64,000 bases of DNA, from the NCBI GenBank assembly GCA_028688055.1, contig JAQTYZ010000001.1, forward strand, positions 114,910 through 178,909. Reading direction: 5' to 3'. Position 1 is the stretch's first letter, and the number at the start of each line of letters is the position of its first letter. Origin of the DNA: Patescibacteria group bacterium. Its GTDB lineage: Bacteria; Patescibacteriota; Patescibacteriia; Buchananbacterales; UBA6539. Position numbers and translations under genes: made by a program. The notes under the pieces are model-generated. The model ran no database searches. It saw nothing but the letters and a program-made list of their open reading frames with translations, and had not been told where the DNA came from. This document shows positions 59,584 through 64,000 of the stretch, one piece after another.

Positions 59584-60963
59584 ATGGACTTAGCCGGAGT
59601 TAAAAAAATTTATTTTATTGGTATTAAGGGCGTTGCGATGTCAGGTCTGGCGGTTATTTGTCAAAAGCGCGGTCTGGCGGTTTGCGGTTCGGACGTTGAA
59701 GAAAAATTTATCACCGACAAAATTTTAGCAAAAAATAATATTGAAGTTTTTGAAAATTTTGATATCCGTAATTTGGCTTGTAACCCGGACCTAGTTGTCA
59801 TTGGCGCTTCCTGGGACGAAACCAATATTGAAGTTGCGGAAGTAAAAACCAGAAACCTGCCTGTTATTTCTGATTCTGAATTGCGGGGGATATTAAGCAA
59901 GGAAAAAAGAACCATTGCCATTACTGGTGTCCACGGCAAAACCACAACCACCGCTTTGATTTCTTTTATCTTTAGAGCCGCTGGACTTGACCCTAGTTTT
60001 TTAATTGGCACTGGCGCTGTCCGTGATTTAGGCGGTAACTCCGACTGGACCACCGGCCGGCATTTTATCATTGAAGGCGATGAATACGCCAAGAGTCGTG
60101 ATGACAAATCGCCGAAGTTTTTAGATTTGTTGCCGGCCGTTACGGTTATCACCAGTATTGAATGGGAACATGTTGATATTTTTCCCAACGTTGAATTGTT
60201 AGAAAAAAACTTTTCACTGTTAATAAATAAAACTAGTGATTTGGTTGTGGCGTGTGGTGATTGGGAAAGTGTCAAGAAAATTACGGTTGGTAATAAAAAA
60301 AATACTACTTATGGTTTGGATGATTACAATGAGTGGCAAGCGACTGAGGTCAAAGCGGAATTTGATTTTACCGCTTTTAAGGTAATAAATAGCAATGGTT
60401 TTAGCGAAGAGTTTAAAATAAAATTATTCGGCCTTCATAATGTTTTAAATGCCTTAGCGGCCATCATCGTATCTCTTAATGAAGGTATTAATGTTGATGC
60501 GCTTAAAAATATTTTACCGAAATTTGCTGGCACCGAAAGACGATTTGACGTTTCAGAAAGTAACGGGGTAATTTTTATCGACGATTACGCCCATCATCCA
60601 ACAGCGGTCAAAACAACGCTGGAGGCTGTTAGGCATCGATACCCTGATCAAGAAATTTGGTGTATTTTTCAGCCCCATATGGCCTCAAGAACCAAAGCTT
60701 TTTTAAACGAATTTGCCCAGAGTTTTGCGGCCGCTGATAAAGTTATTTTTGCCGATATTTTCGCTTCAGCCAGAGAAGAATTGCAAGATGTCACTTCAAA
60801 ATTACTGGCTGCCAAAACGGCAAAAAACCATCGGGACTCAGTCTATGTTGGCGATTTAAATCAAGTAGTTAATTATTTGAAAGATAAAGTTAAGCCCGGC
60901 GTCGTCGTAGTCACTATGGGTGCCGGTGACGTCTACCGCGTCAGAGATAAATTGTTAAATTAA
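59584..60963 (+). CDS. murC: UDP-MurNAc:L-Ala ligase
   Basis: FIGIKGVAMSGLA, GVHGKTTT, EGDE, DDYAHHP, FQPH and MGAGD. Confidence 0.92.
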   Translation: MDLAGVKKIYFIGIKGVAMSGLAVICQKRGLAVCGSDVEEKFITDKILAKNNIEVFENFDIRNLACNPDLVVIGASWDETNIEVAEVKTRNLPVISDSELRGILSKEKRTIAITGVHGKTTTTALISFIFRAAGLDPSFLIGTGAVRDLGGNSDWTTGRHFIIEGDEYAKSRDDKSPKFLDLLPAVTVITSIEWEHVDIFPNVELLEKNFSLLINKTSDLVVACGDWESVKKITVGNKKNTTYGLDDYNEWQATEVKAEFDFTAFKVINSNGFSEEFKIKLFGLHNVLNALAAIIVSLNEGINVDALKNILPKFAGTERRFDVSESNGVIFIDDYAHHPTAVKTTLEAVRHRYPDQEIWCIFQPHMASRTKAFLNEFAQSFAAADKVIFADIFASAREELQDVTSKLLAAKTAKNHRDSVYVGDLNQVVNYLKDKVKPGVVVVTMGAGDVYRVRDKLLN

Positions 60964-60967
60964 AATT

Positions 60968-61933
60968 ATGATTGACCTTAAAAGTTTACTTCCGGAAATT
61001 AAAGAAAATGAAGCCCTGGCACCTTATACAACTTTTAAAATTGGTGGTCCGGCCAAATATTTTCTTGAAGCGAAAAATAACGTCGAGTTGGTCAAGGCTT
61101 TGCAGGTTGTGGCCTCGACTGGCTTAAATTATATTGTTATTGGCGGCGGCAGTAATTTATTAGTTTCCGATTCGGGTTTTGACGGCTTGGTAATTCGTCA
61201 ACTAAATAATCAATTTAAAATAGACGGTGATAAAGTTATGACTGAATCGGGTGCTAAAGTGGCTGATGTTTTAGCAGCGACTTTGACAGCGGGCCTCATT
61301 GGTTGGGCCTGGGCGGCTGGTTTGCCCGGCTTAATTGGCGGGGCAATTCGTGGTAACGCTGGTGCTTATGGCGAAGCAATGTCAAATATTACTGAATCAG
61401 TTGAAGTCTTTCGGGCTGGTAAGACGGAAATATTAACCAATGAACAACTAAAATTTTCTTACCGGCACAGCTTGGTTAAGGATGAAAAGATGGTGATTTT
61501 AGCCGCGACGCTGAAGTTAAAAAAAGGCGATCCGACGGTTGACGAGGAGTTGGTAAAAAAATATCTTGATCATCGAGAAAAAACTCAGCCACTCGATTTG
61601 CCAAATCCAGGCTGTGCTTTTAAAAATATTAATTTGCAGGAAGTTCAAATTGATCAAGCCAAGGTTATTAAAGCACTTGATATTACCGAAGCGGAATGGC
61701 AAGCGGCGACGAAGTACAATAAATTGTCAGTTAGTTTTATTTTTGACAAGATGAATTGGAAGGGCAAAACAATTGGCGGGGCAAAAGTTTCAGAAAAGCA
61801 CGGCGCCTTTATCGTGAATGCCGGTGAAGCTAAAGCCGAGCATGTGATTATGTTAATGTCGGAGCTGAAAATGCGCGTCAGAAATGAACTCGGACTGGCT
61901 TTAGAAGAGGAAATTCAGCTGGTGGGATTTTAA
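60968..61933 (+). CDS. murB: UDP-N-acetylenolpyruvoylglucosamine reductase
   Basis: TTFKIGGPA, GGGSNLL, NAGAYG, GCAFKN and SEKH. Confidence 0.93.
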   Translation: MIDLKSLLPEIKENEALAPYTTFKIGGPAKYFLEAKNNVELVKALQVVASTGLNYIVIGGGSNLLVSDSGFDGLVIRQLNNQFKIDGDKVMTESGAKVADVLAATLTAGLIGWAWAAGLPGLIGGAIRGNAGAYGEAMSNITESVEVFRAGKTEILTNEQLKFSYRHSLVKDEKMVILAATLKLKKGDPTVDEELVKKYLDHREKTQPLDLPNPGCAFKNINLQEVQIDQAKVIKALDITEAEWQAATKYNKLSVSFIFDKMNWKGKTIGGAKVSEKHGAFIVNAGEAKAEHVIMLMSELKMRVRNELGLALEEEIQLVGF

Positions 61934-61963
61934 AATGGGGTTTAAAAAAAGACAGCCTTTTTA

Positions 61964-62689
61964 TTAGCTGCCCGCGAGGTGACCAATGATCAACGCTGCC
62001 ATTTTAGCGTCATTTACTTTTGGGACATAACGTGCGACTGCCAGAAAGCCGTAGCCGCAGAGTTTTGCTGAGTCAAGGTCGTCTCCGTTGACTAGCAACG
62101 CGATGATCGGCTGTTGGTAGTTTTCATTGCTCAGGTGCTCAAGGAAACCGATAAGTTCGATCTCTGATCCGGCAATGATCACAATTAAGCTGACACTTTC
62201 TGTGATTAGGTCTGTGCCGCGCCCATAGTTGGTCGCGACTGAGACCCGGACGCCTTTCGATTCAAGGATTTCAGCTAGGCCGTACATTCCAGGAATATCC
62301 TGGTTGATAACCAGTACGGACCTGATTGGCTCGTGGAGCAAACTACGAATCGTCGGCAGCAGCTCGGTCGGGAAACTGACTGGCTTGCCAAAGACGGCGG
62401 AAAATCCTTGGGCTATCAGTTCAGCTTTACGATGAACCACTTGGCCAGCAACGATGATTACCGGAACCATGATCCCGCTGGCGCGAAGCTTACCGAGAAA
62501 TTCAAGGCCCCCGACCCGAGGCATATCTTCATCAGTTATGACCAAATCCGGACTGTTTGATTTGGCTAAGGCCAAACCCTCTTCGCCATTTGTGGCTCCA
62601 AAAACTTCAAAGCCTTCCAGCTCGAGGTATCGACGGTATAATCCCAAAATGTCAGGATCATCGTCCATAATCAGTATTTTGTTGGGCAT
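61964..62689 (-). CDS. Response regulator with one intact and one degenerate receiver domain, no output domain
   Basis: ILIMDDD..DLVITDEDMP..KP, then a second fold-like unit VLVINQD lacking the acceptor Asp. AAGGAGG upstream. Confidence 0.75.
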   Translation of the reverse strand: MPNKILIMDDDPDILGLYRRYLELEGFEVFGATNGEEGLALAKSNSPDLVITDEDMPRVGGLEFLGKLRASGIMVPVIIVAGQVVHRKAELIAQGFSAVFGKPVSFPTELLPTIRSLLHEPIRSVLVINQDIPGMYGLAEILESKGVRVSVATNYGRGTDLITESVSLIVIIAGSEIELIGFLEHLSNENYQQPIIALLVNGDDLDSAKLCGYGFLAVARYVPKVNDAKMAALIIGHLAGS

Positions 62690-62750
62690 TTGATGGCCCT
62701 CCTTGAATGCGTAGCTACTTAGTAAGGTTCAACTTAGCGGCTAACAATAT

Positions 62751-62801
62751 AATATAATTCTTATTAACACCCTTGTCAAATAGGTTAAAATCTTGTAGAC
62801 T
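62751..62801. promoter_or_regulatory. Bidirectional promoter sharing one -35 (TTGTCAA)
   Basis: Plus strand: TTGTCA(62773)-17-TAGACT(62796). Minus strand: TTGACA(62779)-17-TATATT(62756). Confidence 0.6.
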
Positions 62802-62817
62802 TAGAGGGTAAAAATTT

Positions 62818-64000
62818 ATGACTGTATTAGAAAAATTAGAAAAAATATTCGGTGATCCTTCGGAGCGCCTGTTCAAAAAGCTTCAACCTTTGGTTAAGGT
62901 TATCAATTCGCTTGAGCCTGAATTTGAAAAGTTGACTGATGATGAATTAAAAAGTCAGACGATTAAGTTGAAGGAAGAATTAAAAAACGGCAAAACCCTG
63001 GATGACCTTTTGCCTCAAGCTTTCGCGGCAACCAGAGAGGCGGCTCGACGAACGCTTGGTCTCCGTCATTACGATGTCCAGCTTTTGTCCGGTATTGCTT
63101 TGCACCGCGGCTATATTTCAGAACAGAAAACCGGTGAAGGAAAAACGCTTTCGGCCACCGCGCCGATTTATTTAAATTCACTTGATGGCAAAGGCTGTCA
63201 TTTGGTCACAGTCAACGACTATCTATCGCGACGAGACTGTGGCTGGATGGGACCGGTTTATCATGCGTTGGGTATTACCACTGGCGTCATTATTCATGAG
63301 GCGGCTTTTATTTATGATCCAAATTTTGACAATGAAAGTGTTGATGACGAAAAATTGAAAAATTTACGACCGGTTAGTCGCCGCGAAGCTTATGAAGCTG
63401 ATATTACCTATGGTACGAATAATGAATTCGGTTTTGATTATTTGCGTGACAATATGGTTGGTGAAGTTAAGCAGATGGTTCAGCGCGATTTACATTATGC
63501 CATTGTCGACGAAGTCGACAGTATTTTAATTGACGAAGCCAGGACCCCGCTGATCATTTCCGCGCCGGATGTCGATTCAACTGACAAGTATTATAAGTTT
63601 TCAAAATTAGTAACTGAGCTTAAGGAAAATGAAGACTACAACGTTGACGAGAAAATGCGGGCGGCAACTTTAACGGAAACTGGTTTGAACAAAATGGAGA
63701 AGTTACTGGGGGTCGAAAATATTTATACGGAAATGGGAATTTCCGATGTTCATCATATTGAGCAGGCGCTGAAAGCGTACGCCCTTTTTAGGCTTGATCG
63801 GGATTATGTTGTTAAAGATGGTGAAATTATTATCGTTGATGAATTTACCGGTCGCTTGATGTTTGGCCGTCGTTACAGTGAAGGCTTGCATCAGGCCATT
63901 GAAGCTAAGGAAGGTGTGACGGTTCAGCGCGAAAGTCGCACTTTGGCCACGATTACTTTTCAAAATTATTTTAGACTTTACGATAAATTGTCGGGCATGA
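62818..64000 (+). CDS. secA: Preprotein translocase ATPase SecA (3'-truncated; absent from the ORF track)
   Basis: Manual translation: [75 protein letters not shown]. Confidence 0.97.
   Translation, partial: MTVLEKLEKIFGDPSERLFKKLQPLVKVINSLEPEFEKLTDDELKSQTIKLKEELKNGKTLDDLLPQAFAATREAARRTLGLRHYDVQLLSGIALHRGYISEQKTGEGKTLSATAPIYLNSLDGKGCHLVTVNDYLSRRDCGWMGPVYHALGITTGVIIHEAAFIYDPNFDNESVDDEKLKNLRPVSRREAYEADITYGTNNEFGFDYLRDNMVGEVKQMVQRDLHYAIVDEVDSILIDEARTPLIISAPDVDSTDKYYKFSKLVTELKENEDYNVDEKMRAATLTETGLNKMEKLLGVENIYTEMGISDVHHIEQALKAYALFRLDRDYVVKDGEIIIVDEFTGRLMFGRRYSEGLHQAIEAKEGVTVQRESRTLATITFQNYFRLYDKLSGM

Noticed and set aside
59661-60275. 204-aa minus-strand ORF
   Set aside because: Antisense shadow of murC with no domain signal. 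The same applies to the many short overlapping ORFs in the track.
62963-63963. Two short minus-strand ORFs
   Set aside because: Antisense to secA, which the ORF track missed because it runs off the window.
1-64000. Alternative genetic code (TGA = Gly, as in Gracilibacteria/Absconditabacteria)
   Set aside because: Conserved genes are full length in code 11 and several end at TGA at expected positions.

Overview
AT-rich, gene-dense bacterial window in standard code 11 (TGA is used as a stop). Gene content suggests a Patescibacteria/CPR (Parcubacteria-like) genome; this is an inference. From start to end it holds: (1) about 1-26.6 kb, a surface-glycan region with an ABC flippase, initiating sugar-phosphate transferase, O-antigen-ligase/TPR protein, S8 protease with FG-GAP repeats, GtrA, a divergent UXS-like SDR, GT2/DUF2304, GT4s, three GT-C-type membrane proteins (one AftA-like) and dispersed rmlCBDA; (2) a PEGA protein, murA and a CtpA protease; (3) 30.7-42.0 kb, the most unusual block: five paralogous ~480-530 aa proteins, each a divergent N-terminal domain plus a C-terminal phospho-histidine swivel domain, one stand-alone PEP-synthase-type ATP-grasp domain and four interleaved phosphatases, read as a split, one-to-many dikinase system resembling rifampin phosphotransferase or phenylphosphate synthase; (4) rplI, pyrG, rpmA and a C39-like lipoprotein; (5) a type IV pilus assembly operon; (6) a dcw cluster (mraY-murD-ftsW-murG-patatin-murC-murB), an orphan receiver protein and the 5' part of secA. 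Non-coding signals include a REP-like doublet with compensatory changes, 10-bp-period repeats over the promoter of an Xis/BldC-like regulator, and two divergent promoter pairs sharing one -35 element. No rRNA, tRNA, CRISPR array or transposase was seen.
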